A stretch of DNA of 64,000 nt. Source: Alphaproteobacteria bacterium. Its GTDB lineage: Bacteria; Pseudomonadota; Alphaproteobacteria; MPNO01. Of the stretch, positions 42,475-52,032 are shown piece after piece. Numbering within the stretch: position 1 is the stretch's first letter; every line of letters begins with the position of its first letter. The notes beneath the pieces were generated by a model. That model ran no database searches, was not told the DNA's origin, and saw only the letters and a list, made by a program, of their open reading frames with translations. The position numbers and the translations under genes were made by a program. The stretch is taken from NCBI GenBank assembly GCA_965248835.1, contig CBDFLJ010000002.1, positions 1,888,001 to 1,952,000 of the forward strand, read 5' to 3'.

Positions 42475-43832
42475 GGCCGGTCCACATCGTCGGCGGCGGG
42501 CTCGCCGGCTCGGAAGCCGCCTGGCAATGCGCCCGGGCAGGCGTGCCGGCGGTGCTCCACGAGATGCGGCCGCACCGCGGCACCGAGGCCCACCGGACGG
42601 GCCGGCTGGCCGAACTCGTGTGCTCCAACTCTTTCCGCTCCGATGACGCCGACGGCAGCGCGATCGGTCTTCTGCATGCCGAGATGCGCCTGCTGTCCTC
42701 GGTGATCCTGGCCTCGGCCGACGCCCACAAGGTGCCGGCGGGCGGCGCGCTGGCCGTCGACCGCGACGACTTTGCCGGTGCGGTCGAGGACGCGGTCCGG
42801 GCCGAGCCGCTGATCGAGATCGAGCGCGGCGAGATCCAAGGTCTGCCGCCGGCGGACTGGGACAGCGTGATCATCGCCACCGGCCCGCTCACCGCGCCTG
42901 CGCTGGCCGAGGCAATCGGCCGGCTGAGCGGCGAGGACTCGCTGGCTTTCTTCGATGCCATCGCACCGATCGTCTACCGCGAGAGCATCGATTTCGAGAC
43001 CGCATGGTTCCAATCGCGCTACGACAAGAAAGGGCCTGCCGGTTCCGGCTCGGACTACATCAACTGCCCGATGGACGAGGCCCAATACGAGGCCTTCATC
43101 GATGCGCTGCTTGCCGGGGAGACTACCGCGTTCAAGGACTGGGAGACCGGCACGCCTTATTTCGAGGGCTGCCTGCCGATCGAGGTGATGGCCGCGCGCG
43201 GGCGCCAGACGCCCCGCTTCGGCCCGATGAAGCCGGTCGGGCTGACCGATCCCAGGACAGGGAGCCGGCCGCACGCGGTCGTCCAGCTCCGCCAGGACAA
43301 CGCGCTGGGAACGCTCTACAACATGGTCGGCTTCCAGACCAAGCTGCGGCATTCCGAGCAGACCCACGTTTTCCGGATGATCCCGGGACTCCAAGATGCG
43401 CGGTTCGCAAGGCTCGGCGGGCTGCACCGCAACACATTCCTCAATTCGCCGCGGCTCCTGGACGCCGGCCTGCGCATGAAGGCCGCGCCGCGGCTGCGCT
43501 TCGCCGGCCAGATCACCGGCGTCGAGGGCTATGTCGAGAGCGCGGCCATCGGCCTGCTTGCCGGCCGGTTCGCCGCTGCCGAACGCCTCGGATCGCCGGC
43601 GGTGCCGCCGCCGCCGACCACCGCGCTCGGCGCGCTGCTCGCGCACATCACCGGCGGCGCGCAGGCCGAGACCTTCCAGCCGATGAACGTCAATTTCGGC
43701 CTTTTCCCGGCGCTCGCCGAGCGCCGGCGCGGCCGTGACCGCAAGCAGGGCTATTGCACCCGCGCGCGCGCCGATCTGGAGGCGTGGCGCGGCGAAGCCG
43801 CCTTATCGGCCACGCAAGGCCGCCCAGGTTAG
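42471..43832 (+). CDS. trmFO: Folate/FAD-dependent tRNA (U54) methyltransferase
   Basis: [37 protein letters not shown] and FQPMNVNFG. Confidence 0.95.
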   Translation: MRPVHIVGGGLAGSEAAWQCARAGVPAVLHEMRPHRGTEAHRTGRLAELVCSNSFRSDDADGSAIGLLHAEMRLLSSVILASADAHKVPAGGALAVDRDDFAGAVEDAVRAEPLIEIERGEIQGLPPADWDSVIIATGPLTAPALAEAIGRLSGEDSLAFFDAIAPIVYRESIDFETAWFQSRYDKKGPAGSGSDYINCPMDEAQYEAFIDALLAGETTAFKDWETGTPYFEGCLPIEVMAARGRQTPRFGPMKPVGLTDPRTGSRPHAVVQLRQDNALGTLYNMVGFQTKLRHSEQTHVFRMIPGLQDARFARLGGLHRNTFLNSPRLLDAGLRMKAAPRLRFAGQITGVEGYVESAAIGLLAGRFAAAERLGSPAVPPPPTTALGALLAHITGGAQAETFQPMNVNFGLFPALAERRRGRDRKQGYCTRARADLEAWRGEAALSATQGRPG

Positions 43833-44633
43833 CCGGACCTGACGGGCGAGCGCGCCGGCTTCGAGCCCGCGGGCAAAGACATCGAACCCGTGCCGTTCGA
43901 GCCGGTCGATATAGCGCTCCGTCAGGACGAGAGGCAGCAGCGCCGCGCGCGACGGCCCGGCGTAGCGCCGACCGGCGGCCTCGAGATGGCCGCGTGCCGC
44001 AAGGGCGATCGGCGCAACGGCTTTGCGCAGGGCCTCGGGCGGCTGCCGGGCGAAAATCTGCTCGGCCGAGACCCCGGCGCCGTCGAGGAGGGATTTCGGC
44101 AAATAGAGCCGGCGCCGGCCGGCATGGAATGGCAGCGCGCGCAACAGCCCGGCAAGCCCCCACGCAAGACCCGCGTGGCGCGCGGCCGCAAGAGCGCCGG
44201 CATCGCCCGCGCCCAGCGCCTCGAGGCTCAGGGCGCACAGCTCTCCGGCCGATCCGGCGGCGTAGTCCTCCAGCGCATCGAGGTCGACGAAGAGCGTCGG
44301 CTCGAGGTCGAGCGCTCTGGTGTCGATCATTTTCTCCAGCCGGGTCCGGCTCAGGCCGTGGTCGCCGACCGCTCGGGAGAGCTCTTCGACGACCGGGTGG
44401 GCCCGCGGCGCGCCGTCATAGATTTCATCGATCGCCTCGCGCCACCACTGCAGACGGATCTGGCCGAGCATCGGCTCGCTGACCACTTCGGCGATCTTGG
44501 CGATCTCGATGTTGAAGGCATAAAGCGCCATCAGCGCCCGCCGACGCGCATCGGGGGCAAACAACGCTGCCAGGAAGCGTTCGTGGTCCAGACGCCTGAC
44601 CTCCCGGGCGCAATATGTCTGAGAATCGGCCAT
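43803..44633 (-). CDS. Phytoene/squalene synthase-fold protein (NDUFAF6-like)
   Basis: [10 protein letters not shown] and [15 protein letters not shown]. Lacks DDxxD motifs. Confidence 0.85.
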   Translation of the reverse strand: MADSQTYCAREVRRLDHERFLAALFAPDARRRALMALYAFNIEIAKIAEVVSEPMLGQIRLQWWREAIDEIYDGAPRAHPVVEELSRAVGDHGLSRTRLEKMIDTRALDLEPTLFVDLDALEDYAAGSAGELCALSLEALGAGDAGALAAARHAGLAWGLAGLLRALPFHAGRRRLYLPKSLLDGAGVSAEQIFARQPPEALRKAVAPIALAARGHLEAAGRRYAGPSRAALLPLVLTERYIDRLERHGFDVFARGLEAGALARQVRLTWAALRGR

Positions 44634-44668
44634 GCTCATCGCGATCCGGTTCGACGTATAGTGGGATC

Positions 44669-45397
44669 GTGCGTTCGGCGATACCAATCGATACACGGCG
44701 CGTCGCCGCCCGTTCGCGGCCCGGTCTTGCCGCCTGCGCGGCCGTGCTCGACCGGGCGCGGATGCTCGCCGACGATATCGCGGCCCCGGCCGCCGAGCGC
44801 ATCGCGGCCCTTGATCGCCTGGCAGCGGAGACGCCCGATCCAAGTTTGCACAAGGCGATCCAGGCCTGCCAGAAATCCGTCACCACGCAACGATTCGCGA
44901 GCTGGTCGGAATTGATCCTCTACTGTCAATTTGCCACCGTCCCAGTGGTGCGCCAGATGCAAGCTCTGCACCGGCGGGCGGGCGAAACCCCGGTGAACGT
45001 CGATTGGCCGGAGAGCTATTGCGTGGCGGCTTTGATCCTCGATCTGATCTTTGATTGCAAGACGGACTATGTCGCGCGCGATCGGGTGTTCCTGCCGGCA
45101 GACTGGCTGCGCGAAGCCGAAGTGGAGCCGCCCGCTCTGGGGGCCGAGCGGGCCAGCCCGGGGCTCCGCCGGGTCATCGACCGTGTCCTGGAGCGTATCG
45201 ACGCGATGCTGCGCGATGCCCGCACCGGCGCGCGCGGTGCCGCCGACAGGCGGTTCCGACGGGCCGCGCTCGAGGGAATCGCCGTCCGAAGCGCCCTGGC
45301 GGCGAAGCTGCGCCGGCGCGATCCGCTGGCGGCTCCTGTCGCACTCGGACCGGCGGAGCGCCTCGGCTGCGTGATACGCGCCTGGCTCGGGCGCTAA
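44669..45397 (+). CDS. Divergent HpnC-like (squalene synthase fold) protein; start uncertain
   Basis: FASWSELILYC, DCKTDY..DRVFLP and LRRRDPLA resemble HpnC. Lies 3 bp upstream of the hpnE-like gene. Confidence 0.6.
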   Translation: MRSAIPIDTRRVAARSRPGLAACAAVLDRARMLADDIAAPAAERIAALDRLAAETPDPSLHKAIQACQKSVTTQRFASWSELILYCQFATVPVVRQMQALHRRAGETPVNVDWPESYCVAALILDLIFDCKTDYVARDRVFLPADWLREAEVEPPALGAERASPGLRRVIDRVLERIDAMLRDARTGARGAADRRFRRAALEGIAVRSALAAKLRRRDPLAAPVALGPAERLGCVIRAWLGR

Positions 45398-45400
45398 AGC

Positions 45401-46669
45401 ATGTTTCACGTCATAGGCGCGGGTCTGTCCGGCCTTTCCTGCGCCGTTCGCCTGACGCTGGCCGGCCGCAAGGTCGCGGTCTACGAATCGGCCGGACAGG
45501 CCGGCGGGCGCTGCCGGTCTTTCGTCGATGACAACCTCGGCTGCCTGATCGACAACGGCAGCCACATGATGCTGGGCGCCAACGAGTCCACCCGTGCCTA
45601 TCTTGCCGAGATCGGCTCCGAAGACGCGGTCGCCGAGATCGCTCCGGCAGCGTTCCCGTTCATGGATGTGACGACCGGGCAAACCTGGCGGATCGCACCC
45701 GGCGCGGGCGTGGTGCCGTTCTGGCTGCTGTCCAGGGACCGCCGGGTGCCGGGGACGACCTGGCGTGACTATCTGAGCGTCACGCGCCTTGCCCGGGCGG
45801 ACGGAACCGATACCGTGCGCGATTGCGTCGGAGAGGACGGGCCGCTCTACGACCGTTTCTGGCAGCCGCTTTCGCGGGCGGTGCTCAACACCGATGCCGG
45901 CGAGGGCTCGGCGCTGCTGCTGTGGCGCGTGATCAAGGCAACCTTTCTGCGCGGTGAACAGGCCTGTCGGCCCTATTTCTTCCAGGACGGGCTGTCGCCG
46001 GCGCTGATCGAACCGGCAATCCGGACGCTCGCCGCCGCAGGCGTGCCGATCCACTTGAAGACGCGGCTGCGCGGGATCTCCGGGCGCGACGGCCGGGCGT
46101 CCGTGCTCGATTTCGCCGAAGGTCCGCTGACGATCGCTGAGGACGGGACGGTCGTCCTCGCCGTCCCGCCGCAAGTGTGTGCCGAACTGCTGCCGGGGAT
46201 CGTCACGCCACAGCGCTCCAATCCGATCGTCAACGCCCATTTCCGGCTGGACCAACCGGCCGCGCTGCCCTTCGGCATGCCGTTCCTCGGCCTGATCGGC
46301 AGCCAGTCCCAGTGGTTGTTCGCGCGCAACAATGTGGTCTCGGTGACCGTCAGCGCAGCCGATGCGCTGATCGACCGGCCGGGTTGGGACCTCGCCAATA
46401 TCCTGTGGGCCGAGACCGCGACCGCGCTCGGCCGCGATCTCCGCCGCGTGCCGCCGTGGCGGATCATCAAGGAGCGGCGGGCGACCTTCGCCCAGACTCC
46501 GGATGAGATCACCCGCCGGCCCGCGGCGCGCGCACCGCTGAAGAACGTGCTGCTGGCCGGCGATTGGACCGATACCGGGCTGCCGGCGACCATCGAGGGC
46601 AGCGTCCGGTCCGGGTTCCAGGCGGCGCGGATCGCGCTCGCCGGGCCGGAGGGTCGGTGCGCCGCTTGA
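45401..46669 (+). CDS. hpnE: Hydroxysqualene dehydroxylase HpnE-like FAD oxidoreductase
   Basis: GAGLSGL, GGRCRSF, IDNGSH, KERRATF and LAGDWTDTGLPATIEGSVRSG. Confidence 0.85.
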   Translation: MFHVIGAGLSGLSCAVRLTLAGRKVAVYESAGQAGGRCRSFVDDNLGCLIDNGSHMMLGANESTRAYLAEIGSEDAVAEIAPAAFPFMDVTTGQTWRIAPGAGVVPFWLLSRDRRVPGTTWRDYLSVTRLARADGTDTVRDCVGEDGPLYDRFWQPLSRAVLNTDAGEGSALLLWRVIKATFLRGEQACRPYFFQDGLSPALIEPAIRTLAAAGVPIHLKTRLRGISGRDGRASVLDFAEGPLTIAEDGTVVLAVPPQVCAELLPGIVTPQRSNPIVNAHFRLDQPAALPFGMPFLGLIGSQSQWLFARNNVVSVTVSAADALIDRPGWDLANILWAETATALGRDLRRVPPWRIIKERRATFAQTPDEITRRPAARAPLKNVLLAGDWTDTGLPATIEGSVRSGFQAARIALAGPEGRCAA

Positions 46670-46808
46670 CCATGGGCGGGACGGGACCATATCGTCGGTT
46701 CAGCGGGCCGCTTGACCCGACTCGCGATCGAACCGAATATGTCGGCATTCCGCAATATACCAGTCGTCGAGTTGTTCGCCGCGAGGCGACGCATAATTGG
46801 GGGTGTTG

Positions 46809-47414
46809 ATGGCAAAGATCCTTGAGAACCTGAACAACACGATCATCGCGGGGGTCGTGCTTGCGATCGTCCTGGCGGTCGTCGTCGTGCTCTGGCACGG
46901 CGAAGGGCTCAACCTCGACATGGCCTGGTGGTCGTTCCTGTTCCGCTGGCTGCATGTGGCAGGCGGCATCATGTGGATCGGCATTCTGTACTACTTCAAC
47001 TTCGTGCAGATCCCGAACATGCCCAAAATCGACGCCGCGCAGCGCCCGGCGATCACCGGCGTGATCGCGCCGGCGGCCCTGTTCTGGTTCCGCTGGGGCG
47101 CGATGTGGACGATCGTCACCGGCCTGATCGTTGCCGCATTCGAAGGCTATATCGGCGATGCGATCCTGATCGGCCTGACCGACGGCGTGGCCAAGCATAC
47201 CCTGATCGGAATCGGCATGTGGCTGGGCACGATCATGTGGTTCAACGTGTGGTTCATCATCTGGCCGGCACAGAAAATCGCGCTCGGGATGGTCGAGGCC
47301 GAGGCCGATGCCAAGGCCGCGGCGGGCCGCAGAGCGATGCTGTTCTCGCGCACCAACACGATGCTGTCGATCCCGATGCTCTACGCCATGACCTCGGCGC
47401 AGAACATCTTCTAG
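46809..47414 (+). CDS. Urate-hydroxylase PuuD N-domain-like membrane protein
   Basis: RWLHV..GIMWIG, FRWGA, IMWFNVWFIIWPAQK and SRTNTMLSIP. Confidence 0.78.
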   Translation: MAKILENLNNTIIAGVVLAIVLAVVVVLWHGEGLNLDMAWWSFLFRWLHVAGGIMWIGILYYFNFVQIPNMPKIDAAQRPAITGVIAPAALFWFRWGAMWTIVTGLIVAAFEGYIGDAILIGLTDGVAKHTLIGIGMWLGTIMWFNVWFIIWPAQKIALGMVEAEADAKAAAGRRAMLFSRTNTMLSIPMLYAMTSAQNIF

Positions 47415-47436
47415 AGAAGCAGCGGCAAGTCTGGCT

Positions 47437-47463
47437 ATCGGGGGGCCTCGGCCCCCCGATTTC
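47437..47463. terminator. Hairpin between convergent genes, possible terminator
   Basis: atcgggggc-ctcg-gcccccgat stem-loop. Confidence 0.6.
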
Positions 47464-47472
47464 ATCGCCAGA

Positions 47473-47853
47473 TCACGGGCGTGCGATCAGCGCCGCAGCA
47501 ACCCTGCGGTCCTCGGCGATCAGCACGTTGAAGGTCCGGCAGGCAGCCCCGGTATCCATCGCGTCGGCGATGATGCCGTGCTGCTTGAGCGCGGCACGGA
47601 GTTCCGGGCTCATCGGGCGCATGGTCTCTCCGGTTCCGATCAGCAGGATCTCGACCGCAGGCTCGGCGCCGATCACCGGACTCAGCGCCGCCTCGCCGAC
47701 CCCGGTCGGATCGGCTACCGGCCACGCCAGCACCTGCTCCGGAAGGACGATCACCGAGCCTTCGTAGGCAACCCCCGAGATCCGAAACCCGCCGCCGCCA
47801 TAGGATTGGACGACCTGCCGGCCGGCCGCCGGGGCCGGTGTGATGTCGCGCAC
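47473..47853 (-). CDS. Mth938-like / NDUFAF3 family protein
   Basis: EILLIGTG and MDTGAACRTFNVL..E.RRVAAAL. Confidence 0.88.
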   Translation of the reverse strand: MRDITPAPAAGRQVVQSYGGGGFRISGVAYEGSVIVLPEQVLAWPVADPTGVGEAALSPVIGAEPAVEILLIGTGETMRPMSPELRAALKQHGIIADAMDTGAACRTFNVLIAEDRRVAAALIARP

Positions 47854-47862
47854 CGGCCCGGC

Positions 47863-48813
47863 TCAGCCGGGCCCGCCGGGGGCAGCGCCGGTTTCCTCAT
47901 CGATCTCGCCGACGATCAGCCCGCCGCGCTTGAGCCGCATGTAGATCAGGAGCGGCACCGCGATCCAGATCGAGGAGTAGGTCCCGACGACGACGCCCCA
48001 GATCATCGCGAAGCTGAACCCCTTGATCACCTGGCCGCCGAAGAAGAACAGCGTCAGCAGCGCCAGCAGCGTGGTCACGCTGGTCAGCACCGTGCGCGAA
48101 AGGGTCTCGTTGATGCTGAGGTTCAGCAGGTCGTCGATTGCCAGCGTCTTGTATTTGCGCAGGTTCTCGCGCACCCGGTCGTAGACCACCACCGTATCGT
48201 TGATCGAATAGCCGGCGATCGTCAGGATCGCCGCCACCGTGGACAGGTTGAACTCCAGACCCAGCATCGAAAAGATGCCGATCGTCAGCACCACGTCGTG
48301 CAGCAGCGCGATCACCGCGCCGACGCCGAACTGCCATTCGAACCGGAACCAGATATAGATCAGCATGGCTGCGAGTGCGAGCAGGACGGCCGTCACGCCG
48401 GCTTCGATGAGTTCACTGCCGACCTTGGGGCCGACGAACTCGACCCGGCGGTATTCGACGCTCTGGCCGAGCGTCTCCTTGACCGTCTCCACGGCGCGGA
48501 GCTGTGCCGTCTCGCCGCCGGACTGCTTTTCGATCCGGATCAGGACATCGGTGTCCTGGCCGAACTCCTGCAGCTCGATCTCGCCGAGGTTGAGGCCGGA
48601 GAGATCCGAACGCAGCTCGGCCATCTTGGCCGGCCCCTGGGTGCGGATCTCCAAGAGAATGCCGCCACGGAAATCGATGCCGTAGTTGAGGCCCTGGATC
48701 AGGAACAGCAGCACCGACGCCAGCGCGAGCCCGACCGATGCGGCTGCCGCGAACTTGCGGCGGCGCATGAAGTCGATCTTGGTGCCCACCGGGACAAGGC
48801 TGACCAGACGCAT
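47863..48813 (-). CDS. secF: Protein translocase SecF
   Basis: GIDFRGG and GYSINDTVVVYDRVRE. Confidence 0.95.
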   Translation of the reverse strand: MRLVSLVPVGTKIDFMRRRKFAAAASVGLALASVLLFLIQGLNYGIDFRGGILLEIRTQGPAKMAELRSDLSGLNLGEIELQEFGQDTDVLIRIEKQSGGETAQLRAVETVKETLGQSVEYRRVEFVGPKVGSELIEAGVTAVLLALAAMLIYIWFRFEWQFGVGAVIALLHDVVLTIGIFSMLGLEFNLSTVAAILTIAGYSINDTVVVYDRVRENLRKYKTLAIDDLLNLSINETLSRTVLTSVTTLLALLTLFFFGGQVIKGFSFAMIWGVVVGTYSSIWIAVPLLIYMRLKRGGLIVGEIDEETGAAPGGPG

Positions 48814-48834
48814 GCCGGTTCTCCCCGCCGCCGA

Positions 48835-50409
48835 TCAGATTGGCAGGACCTGGGGCCGCGTCCGGCGGAGCCAGGTGACGACCATCAGCCGGGTGACCAT
48901 GATCGCGGTGAACATCGAGGTCATCAGCCCCAGGGCGAGCGTGACCGCGAACCCCTTGACCGGCCCGGAGCCGAACTGGAACAGCAACACGGCGGCGATG
49001 AACGTCGTCAGGTTGGCATCGATGATCGTGGTCAGCGCCCGCCGATAGCCGGCATCGATCGCCGACATCGGCGTTCGCCCGTTGCGCTGCTCCTCGCGGA
49101 TGCGCTCGAAGATCAGCACGTTGGCATCCACCGCCATGCCGATCGTCAGCACGATCCCGGCGATGCCCGGCAAGGTCAGCGTCGCCTGGAGCAGCGACAA
49201 CAAGGCGGTGATCAGGATCAGGTTCAACAATAGCGCGACATCGGCCATCAGGCCGAACATTCCGTAGGATGCGGCCATGAAGAACACCACCAGAACCACC
49301 GCAAGCACGCTTGCGATCTTGCCGGCGCGGATCGAGTCCGCGCCCAGGCCCGGCCCGACGGTACGCTCCTCGAGCACGGTCAGCGGCGCCGGCAGGGCGC
49401 CGGCGCGCAGCAGCAGCGCCAGGTCGCGGGCGGACTGGACGGTGAAGTTGCCCGAGATGATGCCGGAGCCGCCCAGGATCGGCTCGCGGATGACCGGTGC
49501 GCTGATGACCTTGCCGTCGAGCACGATGGCGAACGGACGGCCCACATTGCGCCGCGTTGTATCGCCGAAGCGCCGCCCGCCCACCGCATCAAAGCGGAAA
49601 CTGACCACCGGCTGGGCGTCCTGGACCGTCGGCTGAGCATCGACCAGGGTATCGCCGCCCACCATCACCCGTTTGCGCACCAGATACTTGACGGGGTTTC
49701 TGTCGACGTCGAACTCGTTGTCGGCTTCCAGCAGCTCCGAGCCGGGCGGCGGGCGGCCGAACTCCGCCTGGCGCGCCGACATCGACAGATCGACCAGCCG
49801 GAAGTTCATCTTCGCGGTCTTGCCCAACAGCCGCTTGATGCGCTCGGGCTCCTTTACGCCGGGAAGCTGGACCAGGATACGGTCGGTACCCTGGCGCTGG
49901 ATCGTCGGCTCGCGCACGCCGGTCTCATCAATTCGCCGGCGAACGATCTCGATCGACTGGTTGACCGCCGCGGCCTTGCGGTCGTGCAGGGCCTGCTCGG
50001 TCAGCGCGATCGTAATTCGGTTGCCGTCATCGGTGGTCGTAGCCTCGGGCTCCAGCCGGCGCGCGATGCGGTCCGCATCGCCGACCTGCGCCCGATCGCG
50101 CACGGTAAAGGAGATGCCGTTGCCCAGCACGCCGAGCCCCCGGTAGCCGATGCGCGCGCGCCGGAGCTCGGTGCGCGCGGCATCGACCAGTGCCGCAAGC
50201 CGCTCCTTGACCACCACGTCGACCTCGACCTCCAGCAGCAGATGGGAGCCGCCCTGCAGGTCCAGGCCGAGGCTGATCTGTCGGTTGGGCAGCCCGTCCG
50301 GCAGACCCTCCAGCACGCGCTGGTCGATCACGTTGGGCGCAGCGTAGAGCAGCCCCAGCGCGCACAACACGGCGATCATGATGATCTTCCATTTGGCGAA
50401 ATAGATCAT
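48835..50409 (-). CDS. secD: Protein translocase SecD
   Basis: LGLDLQGG and GMAVDANVLIFERIREE. Confidence 0.96.
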   Translation of the reverse strand: MIYFAKWKIIMIAVLCALGLLYAAPNVIDQRVLEGLPDGLPNRQISLGLDLQGGSHLLLEVEVDVVVKERLAALVDAARTELRRARIGYRGLGVLGNGISFTVRDRAQVGDADRIARRLEPEATTTDDGNRITIALTEQALHDRKAAAVNQSIEIVRRRIDETGVREPTIQRQGTDRILVQLPGVKEPERIKRLLGKTAKMNFRLVDLSMSARQAEFGRPPPGSELLEADNEFDVDRNPVKYLVRKRVMVGGDTLVDAQPTVQDAQPVVSFRFDAVGGRRFGDTTRRNVGRPFAIVLDGKVISAPVIREPILGGSGIISGNFTVQSARDLALLLRAGALPAPLTVLEERTVGPGLGADSIRAGKIASVLAVVLVVFFMAASYGMFGLMADVALLLNLILITALLSLLQATLTLPGIAGIVLTIGMAVDANVLIFERIREEQRNGRTPMSAIDAGYRRALTTIIDANLTTFIAAVLLFQFGSGPVKGFAVTLALGLMTSMFTAIMVTRLMVVTWLRRTRPQVLPI

Positions 50410-50442
50410 CGGCCGGAACGTGCTTCGGGGCTGGAGGGGAGA

Positions 50443-50988
50443 TCAGGAGCCGGATCGGCGGGTCTCGTCCCGCTCCCGGTCCTCGTCCCCGTCGTCATCG
50501 CCGTCATCGTCGTCATCGTCGAACTCGGCATCGTCCTGGCCGTCGACCTCGACATCCTCTTCGACCTCTTCGACCTCGACCGACTCCTCGCTGGCCTTGG
50601 AGCGCCGGCGGGCGCGGCGACGGGGGCGATCATCCTGATCGTCTTCTTCGTCGTTGTCATCGTCGCGGCTGCGCCGGGGCGCCGGCCTGGCGACGGTCTC
50701 GGCGATCATCGCGCGCATCACGCGCACGCGCACGCCGTCGGCGATCTCCACCATGAGCTCGCCGTCGCTCAGCACACGTTGGATCTGTCCGACCAGCCCG
50801 CCAGACGTGACGATACGGTCGCCCCGGCGAAGCTCGGCGATCATCGCGCGATGGGCCTTTGCCTTCTTCTGCTGCGGCCGGATGAGCAGGAAATAGAAGA
50901 CCACGAAGATCAGGACCAGCGGGATCAGCGGCTCAATGCCACCCAGCCCGCCTCCGGTGTCCTGCGCGAAGGCTGGAGATACGAGCAT
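50443..50988 (-). CDS. yajC: YajC with a long acidic C-terminal extension
   Basis: FYFLLIRPQQK and GDRIVTSGG. Upstream of secD. Confidence 0.9.
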   Translation of the reverse strand: MLVSPAFAQDTGGGLGGIEPLIPLVLIFVVFYFLLIRPQQKKAKAHRAMIAELRRGDRIVTSGGLVGQIQRVLSDGELMVEIADGVRVRVMRAMIAETVARPAPRRSRDDDNDEEDDQDDRPRRRARRRSKASEESVEVEEVEEDVEVDGQDDAEFDDDDDDGDDDGDEDRERDETRRSGS

Positions 50989-51126
50989 GTTGCATTCCTC
51001 CGGCTGTGTCCGCGCGGCGCGGCCCCGCGCGCGGCGGCTCGGACTATAGCGACCCGACGACGACTTGCAACCGTCGATCCCGTCGATGCCGTTGACCGCG
51101 CCACAGTGAATGCCGAGGATCGCGTC

Positions 51127-52032
51127 ATGCTCGACGAGGACATCAAGAAGCTCCTGGCCCGCATCGCCGATGCGCTGGACAGGGCGGTGCCGGCAACCGA
51201 AAACGCGGTGGATACGGACACGGAAGAGGCCTATGTCTGGCACGCCGAGGACGGCCGGCTCCAACCGGTTACCCAAGTCAACCGGCTCGACCTCGGGCTT
51301 CTGATCGGTATCGACCGGGCCTGCGCGGTGCTGCTGGAAAACACGCGGCGATTCGCCGTCGGCCTGCCCGCCAACAATGCGCTTTTGTGGGGCGCCCGCG
51401 GCATGGGCAAGAGCTCGCTGGTCAAGGCGGTGCACGGCGCGGTGTGCGCCGAGACCGACGGCCGGCTCGGGCTGATCGAGGTCCACCGCGAGGACCTCGC
51501 GAGCCTGCCCGCCCTGCTCGCCCGCCTGCGCGGGATGGAACGTCAATTCATCCTGTTCTGCGACGACCTGTCCTTCGAAGGCCAGGACACCACGTTCAAG
51601 TCGCTCAAGGCACTGCTCGAGGGCGGCATCGAGGGCCGGCCGGAGAACGTCCTGTTCTACGCAACCTCCAACCGCCGCCACCTGATGCCGCGCGACATGA
51701 TCGAAAACGAGCGCTCGACGGCGATCAATCCGGCCGAAGCCGTCGAGGAGAAGGTCTCGCTGTCAGACCGGTTCGGCCTGTGGCTCGGCTTCCATAGCTG
51801 CGATCAGGAGACCTATTTCCGGATCGTCGAGGGCTATGCCGCACGATTCGGGCTGGCGCTGGACCGGGACCGTTTGCGGGCCGAGGCCGCTGAGTGGTCG
51901 CTTACGCGCGGGGCGCGCTCGGGCCGCGTCGCCTGGCAGTTCATCCAGGACCTGGCCGGGCGGCTGGGCCAAAGGCTCGATCCAGACCGCCGATCGACTG
52001 CGGCGCGGGAGCCAGATAGCGCATCGGATTGA
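51127..52032 (+). CDS. DUF815 AAA+ ATPase
   Basis: WGARGMGKSS, FCDDLSF, YATSNRRHL and RSGRVAWQF. Confidence 0.88.
   Translation: MLDEDIKKLLARIADALDRAVPATENAVDTDTEEAYVWHAEDGRLQPVTQVNRLDLGLLIGIDRACAVLLENTRRFAVGLPANNALLWGARGMGKSSLVKAVHGAVCAETDGRLGLIEVHREDLASLPALLARLRGMERQFILFCDDLSFEGQDTTFKSLKALLEGGIEGRPENVLFYATSNRRHLMPRDMIENERSTAINPAEAVEEKVSLSDRFGLWLGFHSCDQETYFRIVEGYAARFGLALDRDRLRAEAAEWSLTRGARSGRVAWQFIQDLAGRLGQRLDPDRRSTAAREPDSASD

Noticed and set aside
50460-50660. Trinucleotide-like (tcg/tca) repeats as a possible array
   Set aside because: They encode the Asp/Glu tail of YajC. No CRISPR repeat-spacer structure or cas gene was seen anywhere in the window.
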